Counted from the stretch's first letter, positions 28,853 to 41,268 are shown. The stretch: DNA of 64,000 bases from Octopus bimaculoides (GCF_001194135.2 NC_068988.1:93644090-93708089), one strand, 5' to 3'. The notes: generated by a model from the letters alone, not told the origin. Numbers and translations are program-made.

Positions 28853-30020
28853 CATACATACATACATATATATATATATATCAATGGTTGTAACTCGATC
28901 TTATTTTTGAGACCACCACACTCTACACACTTTACTTCAAAGCACTGCCATAAACAACCGAAGTTAGCGAGAAAGTTATAACTCAGTGTGCCGGCACGAC
29001 AGAGCTCAAGGTCAATCTATGCCCAGTGGCTTCACTCAGCATACTTTAGCTCCGTTACCATAGCAACAGTCCCGATTCTTTTTGATTAAACCTCGCATGA
29101 GTTCTAATAACAACTAGGAAGTTAATCCTGCGAAGGACCTACGTCCCATCCAGGGTAGGGGGAGTGTTGTAATCTCAGTCACTTACACGTCATGGAGATC
29201 GGGTGAAGCTCCGGCCTTATGAGTCTTAGGGTTCATAATAGATCCTAGCACGAATCCAGCCGATGGGCTTCAATACTGTTTCCATTGACCTGATTTCACT
29301 CAAAAAGTTGTAAAAAGATATAATTGCAGAGCATCATTGTATTATGAGATAATTAAGATCTACATTCTCCCTTAAAAGTTGCATTTAAAAATGAAATTTA
29401 TTGTCAGTGGTCAACCATTTTTTATGGGTTTTTTTTCTATCGATCTCTTGGATTCCTGTTTTACTCAGATGGACCCACATAACCATTAAAAAGAACCCTA
29501 TTATAATTTTATGACTAAACAGTTTTAGGGATTATATTAAAATATTTGTGAAAATATTTTGTGTGTTGTAGAATTATAACCGATTTATTGCGCATAAACT
29601 TTAGCAAAATTTTATATGGCCCCCACCCAAGGGTCATGGAGATCCTGGTTGAGAAATAGTTTTAGTTAATGAACAAATTTAATAAAACGAGGACATAAAC
29701 TAATTTAGATATGGCAGCCGAAGATCTTTAAATGAGCGGCAACAGACAATCTATTCTCAGTCAAAAGACTTGCCAGGAATGATTTCGAAAACATTTGACT
29801 GGGTTTCCTGACAAGTGGTGATAGTTTGAACATTTGTCAACTTGTTTACACAAACATCATCAGGTTTTGCTGATAAACTTGGCATTTAACATCAGCTGTG
29901 TGTTGACCTGAACTGGGATATGGAGTGGCTAGCTGACTGACAAACGCAATACTTGATGAAACCAGAAGAGATTATCACCGTTTATTATCATGTGTAACTG
30001 CTTCGCTGAATGATAACGAC

Positions 30021-30053
<33 letters not shown>

Positions 30054-30679
30054 TGATTCCGGTTTTATTGGCCACAAGGACTAATATAAATTAAAAACAT
30101 GTAAGGACAAAGACAGGACGAAGGTTACAAAGGGTTTTGTCCGAAAAGAAAACGTTCGTGTAAACAATGGAAAAACAGAGAAAGATATAACAATTAAAAC
30201 TCCCAATAGGGGGAGGCGCTTATATAATAATAATAATAATAATTGCCCTGATGCAGTAACAGGCAGTGGCTCTCGTGGCTTCTGATCTTAACTGATTGGA
30301 AGTGTTATCATGTACATTGTTTTGTCTTGGTATAAAAAGATGGGCTACAACAAATATTCTGCTCAATACCACAGATTTGCTTGTCAGTTGCTTGACCATA
30401 AACCAATTGAGCATGTCCCTTGGTGGCTGACGATATGTGCATCTCTGATCATGTGTAGTGGGGGAGCATCATAGCCATCAATTACACTGCATTTCTCTGT
30501 GATTCTGGAAGAAGATCACTCACAAACACCCCAACGGGTTCCAGCTAGATGAGGCCCTTTAAATCTTTAGCGGCACCAATATGTCATGTTCATAACTCCA
30601 GTGGAAAAGAACTCTGTGTAATTGTTTTCTGCGGAACCGTCATTAGTTGAAGCGATTATTTATTACCTCTATCGGCACT

Positions 30680-30900
30680 ACAACTTTCTCTCACTCTTAC
30701 TTCCTATTTCTGTTGTGCCTGTAATTCAAAAGGTCAGCCTTGTCACACTGTGTCACTCCGAATATCCCCGAGAACTACGTTAAGGGTACACGTGTCTGTG
30801 GAGTGCTCAGCCACTTGCACGTTAATTTGACGAGCAGGTTGTTCTGTTGATCCGATCAACTGGAACCCTCGACGTCGTAAGCGACGGAGTGCCAACAACA
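30680..30900 (+). mobile_element. 5'-truncated SINE family C copy
   Basis: Collinear with 7170-7400 and ends at the same ggagtgccaacaaca. Confidence 0.85.
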
Positions 30901-32019
30901 TATTATCGCTGCTGCTGCTTCTGCTGCTGCTGCTTCTGGAGGTGATATTGCCAACGGATGAAGTGCAGGCGGCGACGGCGTCAGAAGCGGCAGCGGTGAT
31001 GGTGGCGGTGTTACTGTTGTCATCATGTTTGGCTGACTTATTCTTAACTTGGTGACATGATTTTGTTGTTTTCTATTATTTTTTGATTTTGTTGTTGCTG
31101 CTGCTGTTAATGCTGTTGTTGCTCTTGTTGCTATGGTTGTTATTGTTGTTGTTGTTCTTATTGTTAGTACTGCCAAAGGCGGTGAATTGGTCGAATCGTT
31201 AACGAGTCGAACAAAAACACTTAGAGTCGTTTCTTCCGGCTCTTTACGTTCTGAGTTCAAATTCCGCCAGGCTCGTCTTTGCTTTTCATCTTTTCGGGTT
31301 TGATGAAATAAAATACCAACCAAGTACTGGGATCAGTGTAATCGACTTACCCCCACCCCCACCACCAAATTGCCGGCCTTGTGCCAAAATTTGAAACCCT
31401 TGTTAATTCTGACATTCTCCTTTATGACTGACAAAGCTTGGAAGACATCAAAGTAAAATAAATCGAAAGAAAACACTTCTCGTTGCCACGTCCAATGGAT
31501 ATGTGCGGTGTCTGGGCTGAGTTTTTGTGAGTGTTGTCTTCAATGAATTTGGTCAATTTGTTTTGAATCAGAAAAGGTTAGCAGAGAAAATATGTATTAT
31601 ATTAATCCAAAACACACAATTCTAATTTTCTCTCTGACTTGAAATGGATTAAAACTTTATCAAACTTCTACAAATCTTTTCTCAAATATTCAGTGAAGGT
31701 AGTGTTTACTGATAAACTGTTCTTAAAAAATTATGCAATTAATAGAATTAGGCAAACAATTATTTAACATGCGGCTAAGAGTAATGGATTCTCTCCCCTT
31801 TTCTCTCCACAGACATGCATTCACTTAACGTAGTTCTCAAGGAGATTCTAAGCCTGACACAGAATGTAACATAACTGGAAGGCTGGCCCTTTGAAATACA
31901 CGTATTTCTCATTTTTGACAGCTGAGTGGACTGGAGCAACGTGGAATAAAGTGTCTTGCTCAAGGACACAACGCGCCGAATTCTCTAACCGCTATGCCAC
32001 ACGCCTTCATTGTATTTAC

Positions 32020-32121
<102 letters not shown>

Positions 32122-32345
32122 TGTCCCACCGTCTGACAGTCGGTGTTTGTTTCTTTACGTCCCCACAAACTTTCTGATTCAGTAAAAAAGACCGATAGAA
32201 TAAGGTAGAAGACATTTCTGTTTTAGAAAAAAAAACATAGACACTAAAACTAAAATTATATGTAGTGCTCCAGCATGGCAACGTGAAAAATAAATAATAG
32301 TCTACACCTTCTTTAAATAATTTACGTAAAACTTTAGCGTAGAAG

Positions 32346-32758
32346 CGCAGGCGTGGCTGTGTGGTGAGAATCTTGCTTCTCAGCCACATGATTCCAAGTT
32401 CAGTCCCAATGCATGGCACCTTGGGCAAGTATCTTCTACTATAGCCTCGGGCCGATCAAAGCCTTGTGAGTGAATTTGATAGACGGAAACTGATAGAAGC
32501 CCGTCGTATATATATATATATAAATATGTATGTATTTATGTGTATGTTTTTGTGTCTGTGTTTGTCCTCCACCATCACTTGACAACCTAAGTTGGTGTGT
32601 TTACGTCGCCGCAACTTAGCGGTCCAGCAAAAGACACCGATAAAATAAGTACCGGGCTTACAAAGAATAAGTCCTGGTGTCGATTTGTTCGGCGAAAGAT
32701 GGTTCTCCAGCATGGCCGACGTCAAATGACAGAAACAATTAAAAGAATAGAATGAAAG
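32346..32758 (+). mobile_element. tRNA-derived SINE family A (full copy with internal microsatellite; about 20 copies or halves in window)
   Basis: gcaggcgtggctgtgtgg (A box)...ttcagtccc (B box)...ccttgggcaagt...gacggaaactga.agaagcccgtcg-(TA/TG)n-...ccagcatggccg.agtcaaatgac.gaaacaa.taaaaga. Others at about 7930-8310(+), 9395-9560(+), 9605-10010(-), 12590-12770(+), 20325-20620(+), 23388-23726(-), 26200-26480(+), 36395-36550(-), 38190-38340(+), 41360-41900(+), 42000-42230(-), 46700-46865(-), 48410-48760(+), 56345-56705(+), 62868-63390(-). Confidence 0.85.
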
Positions 32759-32859
32759 AACATGTGGAATGGTATAAGCATAAAACAAAAATTGATAAAA
32801 AGCCGTTGAGCAAAAGAATTTCTGTTTTATTAAAATAATCTTTGAAAGAGAGCGTTGAG

Positions 32860-33000
32860 TAACGAAAGACTGAGAACGACGGATGTAGAAGAAGCAACAA
32901 ATGTCTCTGGCAATTTGGTGTTACTGTTTTCTATTTGGATAATTAATGCTAAACTGGAAGTGATGAAAGAATTGTCTCCGGTGGCCAGCATGCTTGTGAG
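32860..33000 (+). pseudogene. Possible highly decayed mariner transposase HTH fragment
   Basis: ERLRTTDVEEATNVS...IINAKLEVMKELS followed by DNA reconstructable as (A)RW(V)PSML resembles mariner R.T...IAE.L.IS...ILH..LGM.KLSARWVP. Requires assumed indels. Confidence 0.3.
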
Positions 33001-33434
33001 AGCTTCTAGGGAAAACGTTTTTGACGAAACGGAGAATAATTTGAATTAGTATAACTTGGTTCGGAAAGTATTATAGCTTACGGTGGGAACAATATGAGTG
33101 CTGTAGGAAAAAGTTTTGTTGGACAATCCCACAAAATATGCGACGTCATGGATGTACAAAAGCTCTTAGCGTTTCATTGCATCATTCATCAATAGGCACT
33201 TTACGGGGTCCCCGCCTCCCACCAAAAATACTGTTTAGATGTGTAATATGTGATAGGACCAGTTTATCAACACTGAATACAATTTAGTCACCTGCACTCT
33301 ATCATCGCCAGCTTCGAACATATTTGAAAGAAACAGAAGCTGAATATGGTAATTATATGCCGTGCCTCACAGCTGTTAGATGGCTTATCTAACAATTAAA
33401 AAAAAAACAAAAAAAAAACAAACTAACTTTAGAT

Positions 33435-33844
33435 CAATGGTTCTCAACTTCTTTTTTTTACTTATGAAGCCCTTTGATTACTATTTCATTCTGGTGGACC
33501 TTCATTGCTATTCAATGTCCTAAAACTGACTTTATAGATACTCCTGTCAAAATTCCAATTTTCTTTTTCATCCATTCACTTGTGTAGGTTTACAATTGCA
33601 CTCTTTTAGGAATATGTTTCAGTGACCGGAAACATGTTGAGCTTTGCAAAGAGTCAGAAAAATAAATCTCGCTGTTTCTCGCAAATAAATACATCTAAAG
33701 CAGATACTTTTCATGGACCCTTAAAATACTAGCGTACACCCCCCACCCCATACACATACACAATATGCAGTTTTGCTTGCGTGGACACCCAAAAGTTTCA
33801 TATGGACCCTGAGAGTTTATATGGATCTCGGTTGAGAACCGCTG
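33435..33844. mobile_element. hAT/Charlie-like MITE (family with copies at about 5065-5347, 29404-29660, 44756-45263)
   Basis: TIRs CAATGGTTCTCAAC / CAGCGGTTCTCAAC. Internal sequence shared with the other copies; TSD degenerate. Confidence 0.75.
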
Positions 33845-34788
33845 CCTTACGGAGAAATTAATGCGTTTTGCAATGAGAACAATTCTGCTCAACCACTCCT
33901 TGTGAACAGAGAATGGGTGCAGAAAAGGGCAATTTTGACTAACTTCAGAGTATTTCCTAACGAGTTCAGTCTTCCGTTACGAAATGAATCTGGGCTTAAA
34001 TGCAACACATATATATTCCACAGTGAATATTTTCCACACTGTGGTTTTTTTTGTTTTTTCACTCTTTGCTAACTCATTCCTTGTTAAAAACAAAACAAAA
34101 CCCAACTAAAATGCAAGTGGTACATCGTTTGAATTCACTCCAAACAGTTTCAATATCGCTTTTTCGAAGTCAATGAGATTTGAAAGTATTAAAACCATTC
34201 GCAACATTATTCTTTTCTACCCTAGGCACAAGGCTCGAAATTTTTGGAGAGGAGGCCAGTCGATTAGAACGACCCCAGTACTCAACTGATACTTAATTTA
34301 TGGATCCCGAAGGGATGAAAGGCAAAGTCGACCTCGGCGGAATTTGAACTCAGAACGAAATACCGCTAAGCATTTCACTCAGCGTGCTAACGTTTCTTAT
34401 TTCTTTATTGCCCTCAAGGGGCTACACACAGAGGGGAGAAACAAGGACAGACAAACGGATTAAGTCAATTAATTATATCGACACCAGTGCGTAACTGGTA
34501 CTTATTTAATCGACCCGGCGTGCTAACGTTTCTGCCAGCTCGTCGCCTTTATTCGCAATATTATTGAGAAAGTTTCAAGGCGGTGATTTGGCAGAATTGT
34601 TAGCGTGACCGGGCGAAACGCTTAGCGGTATTTCTCTACGCTCTGAGTTCAAATTTTGCAGAGGTTGAGTCTACTTTCCAACCTTTCGTGGTCATAAATT
34701 AGATACTAGTTAAGCACTGCGGTTAATGTAATCGACTGTCTACCCCACCCCATAAAGCTGTGTGTGTGTGTGAATGCTTGTGTGTATT

Positions 34789-34888
34789 GCGATTTAATAT
34801 TTTCCAGACAATTTAATCATTTTTATGTGATTTAATATTTTCCAGACAATTTAATCACTTTTTATGCGATTTAATATTTTCCAGACAA
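34789..34888. repeat. Tandem repeat, about 2.6 x 38-39 bp, at the transposase breakpoint
   Basis: G[C/T]GATTTAATATTTTCCAGACAATTTAATCA... starts at 34789, 34827 and 34866. Confidence 0.85.
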
Positions 34889-35460
34889 ACTTCTGCCATC
34901 TCCTTCGACAATGCTAAGTCTCTTACTAAATCGTTCAAATCTTCTTCATTTAACAAGTGAGGCTCATTTTTCTTAGAATCAACCACGTACTCTGCGTCGA
35001 TAGGAGAATCAGAGAGTTCACTGTGCGACGTGTCAAGGTCTTCAAGTGAATCACGTGAGAAGGGAACTGGGACAGGTTTCTCCAAGTCATGTGGGACCGG
35101 TTTTAGAGTCGACTTACAATCTGCATACCCAATTTTTGCTATGGTTTTCTTTGAGAAACCACTAATATTAGTCGTTCAAAAGTAACAATCAGAGACATGA
35201 TTGCTTGACTCACGCCATACCATTGGTACAGCAAAAGGCACTCCCGTTCTCCATTCAGCCACTGTGTAAACCTTGAGTCACACACGGTGCAGCATATATG
35301 AGGTGCCCACCTCTTGTCTTGGTCCCCAACTTTATACTCAAAATAATATTTATAGGCAGTTTTTAGTTTTGTGGCAATGTTCTTCCACCGGTCACGCGGA
35401 GCAAATTTTCCACAGACAACAAAAGTTGTTTGGGTGCTTCACACAGTCTCTCCTATTCAT
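34889..35460 (-). pseudogene. Decayed DNA-transposase 5' fragment, Chapaev3 (CMC)-like
   Basis: Manual translation of the minus strand: MNRRDCVKHPNNFC/(fs)VCGKFAPRDRWKNIATKLKTAYKYYFEYKVGDQDKRWAPHICCTVC...(fs)VPFAVPMVWRESSNHVSDCYF*TTNISGFS...KPVPH...EPHLLNEEDLNDLVRDLALSKEMAE. Motifs GDQDK.WAPHICC, PFAVPMVWRE and LNDLVRDL.LSK are those I recall for Chapaev3 transposases. Two frameshifts and one stop. Confidence 0.75.
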
Positions 35461-35795
35461 GATGTAACACAATGAACATTTAAAATAGTAATCACACAAA
35501 GAGAGAGATACACGTACCACACGTGACGGCAGCGTAAACGTCAATAAGAGTTACCAAGAACAAACTGATGTATTTGGCGCTTGTGCACAATACGCCAGCG
35601 CCATCTATTGATAAACTGGATAATGAACGTTCTCATCGTTTGTTTTATTGCTGTTATTTCTTTAATTTCGAATTAAGACCATTTTCATTTCAGTAAATTT
35701 TATAATACGGCCTATATCTAGCTGAAAGTACAGTTATAATCTTGCGCATGCGTATAACTCAAAATCCTGACGTGCTAGAACAATTCTGAGTGCGA
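35461..35795 (-). mobile_element. 5' non-coding/subterminal region of the Chapaev3-like element
   Basis: Directly upstream of the transposase ATG. Contains ctcaaaatcctgacgtgctagaa, resembling (from recall) a subterminal motif of this family. The terminus is lost in a (TA)n tract and gap. Confidence 0.4.
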
Positions 35796-35827
35796 ATTTA
35801 TATATATATAAATGTCTATGTATGTAT

Positions 35828-35875
<48 letters not shown>

Positions 35876-35927
35876 GCATAGATATGCATTTATATATATA
35901 TACATATATATATATATACACACACAC

Positions 35928-35960
<33 letters not shown>

Positions 35961-37682
35961 NNNNNNNNNNNNNNNNNNNNNNNNNNNNNNNNNNNNNNNN
36001 NNNNNNNNNNNNNNNNNNNNNNNNNNNNNNNNNNNNNNNNNNNNNNNNNNNNNNNNNNNNNNNNNNNNNNNNNNNNNNNNNNNNNNNNNNNNNNNNNNNN
36101 NNNNNNNNNNNNNNNNNNNNNNNNNNNNNNNNNNNNNNNNNNNNNNNNNNNNNNNNNNNNNNNNNNNNNNNNNNNNNNNNNNNNNNNNNNNNNNNNNNNN
36201 NNNNNNNNNNNNNNNNNNNNNNNNNNNNNNNNNNNNNNNNNNNNNNNNNNNNNNNNNNNNNNNNNNNNNNNNNNNNNNNNNNNNNNNNNNNNNNNNNNNN
36301 NNNNNNNNNNNNNNNNNNNNNNNNNNNNNNNNNNNNNNNNNNNNNNNNNNNNNNNNNNNNNNNNNNNNNNNNNNNNNNNNNNNNNNNNNNNNNNTATACG
36401 ACGGGCTTCTTTCAGTTTCCGTCTACCAAATCCACTCACAAGGCTTTGGTCGGCCCGAGGCTATAGTAGAAGACACTTGCCCAAAGTGCCACGCAGTGGG
36501 ACTGAACCCGGAACCATGTGGTTGGTAAGCAAGCTACTTACCACACAGCCATACATATATACATAGGTATATCGTTGATTTTTACGTTGTATTTGAAACA
36601 GTTATTGTTAATTGTTCATGACAAATAATAAACTCATCAAAGTCCCATCGAAATCAAAATTCAATTCAATTCCGAACGTATGTAATTATTATCAGTGTTA
36701 ACGACAATTTTAAACGAATCTCGAATGACAAGGACAATTGAAAACAAAATAATATATTGCTCTTATTGTCTCTACACCATAATGTCGTATGTGTGACATT
36801 TGCATTGTGAGAGAGTTTTCCCAAATTTGTTTGGTCCAGTGAAAATTCCTCAGTTTGTATGAATATGCATTAAAATCTTAGCTTCATCCTCGCTAAGCTA
36901 CGCCTCTCCGTAGCGGCTACGTGATGGCAGTGCGCGTTGACATACGCCTCTTAGCTTTAATTTACCGCCTCCCATTATAAGGCAAATCTGAATGTAAACT
37001 CTACCTTCCGTGGCGGAAGGGGAATCAGACACTCCCATCTTTTGCTCTGTAAATACGTTTACTTATTTATGTTTTTTTCCGAAGAACGATAGTAGTAGAA
37101 TGACGATAGTAGTGGCGAGTTCAGGAAAGATCTTCGAAAAAATAAAAGAAAATTTTATGTGACATGATCGTCTGGTGTTCGTAAGAAAGGCCAGATGCTA
37201 TTTGGACCAATGAAACATTTGCTAAGATTAAGACTGCCCTATTTCAGCGACCCCAACGACGACAACAGTAGCAACAAACAACAACAATACCAAGAACAAG
37301 ATATCGTCACATTACTTCAATTTATATTTTCAATATCAACTTTTCAAGAGAATCGTTTTTAAAATATATTCCATTACGAAACACTTCAAATATTTTTCTT
37401 TTTCTTTTTCAAAACAAAATTGTCATTCCATTCCGATTTATCACAAGAAACCCTTATCATCGACGGCGGGCTGGCAGAATCGTTAGCAGGCGGCCGAACA
37501 AAATGCTTAGCGGCATTTCGTCCGTCTTGACGTTCCGAGTTCAAATTCCGCCGAGGTCGACTTTGTCTATTATCCTTTCGGAGTCGATAAATAAAGTGCC
37601 AGTGAAACACTGTATTCGATCTAATTGACTAGTCCCCTCCTCCGCCCTAAATTTCAGGCTGTGTGCCTCCAGTAGACAGGAC

Positions 37683-37746
<64 letters not shown>

Positions 37747-38340
37747 ATTATTATTGTTATTATTATTATTATTATTAAATATGTATTATTATTATTAAAT
37801 ATGTATTATTNNNNNNNNNNNNNNNNNNNNNNNNNNNNNNNNNNNNNNNNNNNNNNNNNNNNNNNNNNNNNNNNNNNNNNNNNNNNNNNNNNNNNNNNNN
37901 NNNNNNNNNNNNNNNNNNNNNNNNNNNNNNNNNNNNNNNNNNNNNNNNNNNNNNNNNNNNNNNNNNNNNNNNNNNNNNNNNNNNNNNNNNNNNNNNNNNN
38001 NNNNNNNNNNNNNNNNNNNNNNNNNNNNNNNNNNNNNNNNNNNNNNNNNNNNNNNNNNNNNNNNNNNNNNNNNNNNNNNNNNNNNNNNNNNNNNNNNNNN
38101 NNNNNNNNNNNNNNNNNNNNNNNNNNNNNNNNNNNNNNNNNNNNNNNNNNNNNNNNNNNNNNNNNNNNNNNNNNNNNNNNNNNNNNNNNCGTCGCCGTAA
38201 CTTAGCGGTTCGGCAAAAGACACCGATAGAATAAGTACTAGGTTTACAAAGAATAATTGCTGGGGTCGATTTGCTCGACTAAAGGTGGTGCTCCAGCATG
38301 GCCGCAGTCAAATGACTGAAAAACAAGTAAAAGAGTAAAA

Positions 38341-38371
<31 letters not shown>

Positions 38372-38434
38372 GAGTGAGAGAGCAGTTCATGCCATCAGTG
38401 TGACGCTGAGGTATAAATATTGAAAATATACAAC

Positions 38435-38466
<32 letters not shown>

Positions 38467-38589
38467 TGCAGTGCTTATGTTGTTAATTAATTGTCCTTGC
38501 TCCATTGAACTAATCTCCTTTATGGACATCTTCTTCGTTGATCGCGGTTGATTCTCTGCGACCTTTCGGTGACATGGAACGACGCGTAG

Positions 38590-38920
38590 AATCAGTTAGT
38601 CACTACCGTGTGTTTGTTAGTTAGTAGTAGCAGCAGTTATGAACCGACTAAACTGCTGCTAGACGCTTGGGAAAGCACACAGAACAGTTCTTTGGGGAGT
38701 TTTTGTTGTTGTTCTTTTATTATTTATTCTCAGCATAGCTCGAGAGAGGGAGAGGAAGCGCGCGCGCGTGTGTGTGTGTTCTCTGTGTGTTTACGTATGT
38801 CGCACACACGTACACATTTTCTGTCTAGCCTGTTGTTTGTTCCTCATCCTCACAGAGATTGGTTCTCACTCTCGCTTCTTCTCGTGTCTCTAGTGAAACG
38901 AGCCAGTTTAGTTGATGTTC
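38590..38920 (+). promoter_or_regulatory. Candidate vgll core promoter / TSS region
   Basis: SINE-free and CpG-containing. Inr-like ATCAGTT near 38595 and CCAGTTTAGTT near 38905, inverted CCAAT (ATTGG) near 38860, GA/GC-repeat tract 38745-38780. Lies 0.4-0.7 kb upstream of the ATG. Motifs are short, so the position is inferred. Confidence 0.35.
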
Positions 38921-39292
38921 GGGCACCAAGCGGATTCTTACTCGAGTAAAGGGTGGAAGAGAAAGAAGCAGGCTAATATCCTTGGGATATAAAACACACA
39001 AACACACACTCACATACAGTGATACACACACACACACACATATATATATTCATATATAAATCCAATAAACAATTTGTTGAGTTCGATACATCAGTGTCAC
39101 CTTGAGGCGAAAAGAGCATCAATAGCTTTAACTTGTGTTAAAAGAAGACAACAAACAAAAGTAAAGCAAATCGAAGTTTTTTTTTTTTTTTGTGTTTTCA
39201 TTTAATACTTTCCGCCGTTGGAATTATATCAATCGTGGATTTTGTGGGTGTGAAGCATAAGACATATTCTAGGGTCACAAGAGGAGTTTAAA

Positions 39293-39370
39293 ATGAGTGC
39301 CGTTGACGTTATGTACCACCAGCCGTACTCTAGTAATTTGGCCTATTATCCACGAACTCCAATCGAACAG
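39293..39370 (+). CDS. vgll: Vestigial-like protein, coding exon 1 (26 aa: MSAVDVMYHQPYSSNLAYYPRTPIEQ)
   Basis: ATG at 39293 in aaaATG context, open for 78 nt, ending at CAG|GTAAAT donor (39371), phase 0. The peptide matches the conserved N-terminus of Vg/VGLL2/VGLL3 (MSC.[DE]VMY..., ...LA[YV][YF]). It joins in frame to exon 2. Absent from the ORF track because the unspliced frame stops after about 50 codons. Confidence 0.85.
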
Positions 39371-40274
39371 GTAAATGCATCGGGCATTTTGAAGCTTTTT
39401 TTTTTCTGCTATATTTGTCAAATCACTGATATTCTTGTGCATTGATGTTTGTACAAATGATGTCACATATTGTATATTCTTAGAATCACAGACGGACACA
39501 TCCAGCTTCTTTTAGTAACTTTTCCCTCTTTCTGTGCCTGGTTATTTACTTTTCAGCATTCAAAAGTTCTTTCATTTCAAAATTATTTGATTTTTCCTGT
39601 TCTGTTTTTCTTCTTCTGTATTTTTGTCCCTTTTCTTTTTCTTCTTCTTTTGGCGACAATCTTGAATTGAGGGTCTGAGAATTTACAGTGTCGTTCGGTC
39701 GTTGAAGTAGCGACAGAGTCGACAACTCGACAACGACTGCCAAAGAGAGCTTGCATATCTTTGCACGAGTGGGCACCTACTGTGCCAGTGTGTCTTAAAG
39801 CAAGGATATATATATTTCTACACAAGAAAAAACTCCAATGCTTACAAATATTCGAGCCGGCATTCTGCGAATCCCAAAGCTAAGGGTAGGGCAACCAGAA
39901 GGAATTCGGCGTCTTTGTAATTCCAGCATTGCACTTTGAAATATCAACCACCCACCGTCCTCCGACAGTTTGATTTCACATACACAGAGACGTCTTGAAA
40001 CATATTGTCTTTATACTCTATAGCACTATTTATGCATTCTTTCTCAACAATTCTCATTTTACACACGTAACAAATAACCTACTCACACACTTCCGTTCCT
40101 TTTAGATGTTGTCGACAACTATGAATTCAAGGAAAAACTAATAGAACTGTGAGTTAATTTTTACCCAAAGATCTCTGGAATTTCACCGCTAGTTAACCTT
40201 AATTCTAACTATTTACTACTTTTTCCGTTCGTTTATTTTCCAGCTTTTTTTGTGTGGAATTTCATCGTTTATTA

Positions 40275-40338
<64 letters not shown>

Positions 40339-40781
40339 TACTACTACTACTACTTCTACTACTACGTACGCTCCACTTACAAAAAACATTGGTGATATAC
40401 ACGCACACACCCTCATACACACATCCACGCACACAGACGCACACAGACGCACACACACACACATACACACACACATACACACCCATGCTTAGACATACAC
40501 ATTATACACACTGCTTTGCTTCGCGTGTGCCGTGTTTATGTTAGTTGTTTATTTATGTGCTATCATCATTCATCTGACTTTTATATTCCTTACGAATATC
40601 TTCTTTTTACATTCCCTTATCTCGTTCGGTTGTTTATTTTCTAAACATTCTTGTCGATACTTTTTTATTATTATTGTTTGTTTCGTCGAGATGTATCTGC
40701 ATTTTGTACGACACCCCCAACCGTCGTGTTTTCTCTCATTGTTATTTCGTTAATGTTATTTCTGTTCTTTGTTACAAACAG

Positions 40782-41268
40782 GCTTTTGGTCTCACTAAAC
40801 TACACGAACCCATGAATCTTGGTTGCTATTCTGCACCCGGCAATTCAATACTTAGCGTACCAGTCACATCATCACCGCCTCATAATTTGCATCTTCATCA
40901 GTCGGAACAACAAGTGCAACCACAAACTCATCCAAACCAACATCTGATTCCAGAGTCTGCTACATCAACACCGCCCCATGTAAATAATTCCATTGACAGA
41001 AGTTGCAACAGCAGCAGTAGCAGCAGCAGTCTTGAAGGAAATGCCATAAAAGAAGAAAACAATTCGGATAAGGGAACCGTACCAAAAGAAACGGTTTACC
41101 TGGCATCAAACAGCATGGTACACAATTATTTCTCTGGGGATTCTAATCGACTCGTGGATGAACATTTTTTAAGGGCACTCAGCCATTATCCGGGCTATTC
41201 GAGCACATCTTCTCATGGTTCTTCAATGTCACCCTCAGACAGAAACAAAATAAGCCCCTTCAATAAAG
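40782..41268 (+). CDS. vgll: Vestigial-like protein, exon 2 with Vg/TONDU TEAD-binding domain
   Basis: Acceptor ttctttgttacaaacAG|GCT (phase 0) and donor AAAG|GTAAGG (phase 1), 487 nt open. Encodes ETVYLASNSMVHNYFSGDSNRLVDEHFLRALS (41088-41183), matching the Vg consensus (EY...CVLFTYFQGDI.SVVDEHFSRALS) with the VxxHF motif. His/Gln- and Ser-rich linker upstream of the domain. Confidence 0.92.

Noticed and set aside
37420-40620. TEAD (CATTCC) and Su(H) (GTGRGAA) sites near vgll as autoregulatory or Notch inputs
   Set aside because: 6-7-mers are expected many times by chance in 64 kb, and there is no clear clustering; the best Su(H) match (about 35053) is inside the transposon fossil.
40674-40781. 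ORF-track N-terminus MFVSSRCIC... of the Vg ORF
   Set aside because: Intronic polypyrimidine tract upstream of the AG acceptor; the real N-terminus is at 39293.
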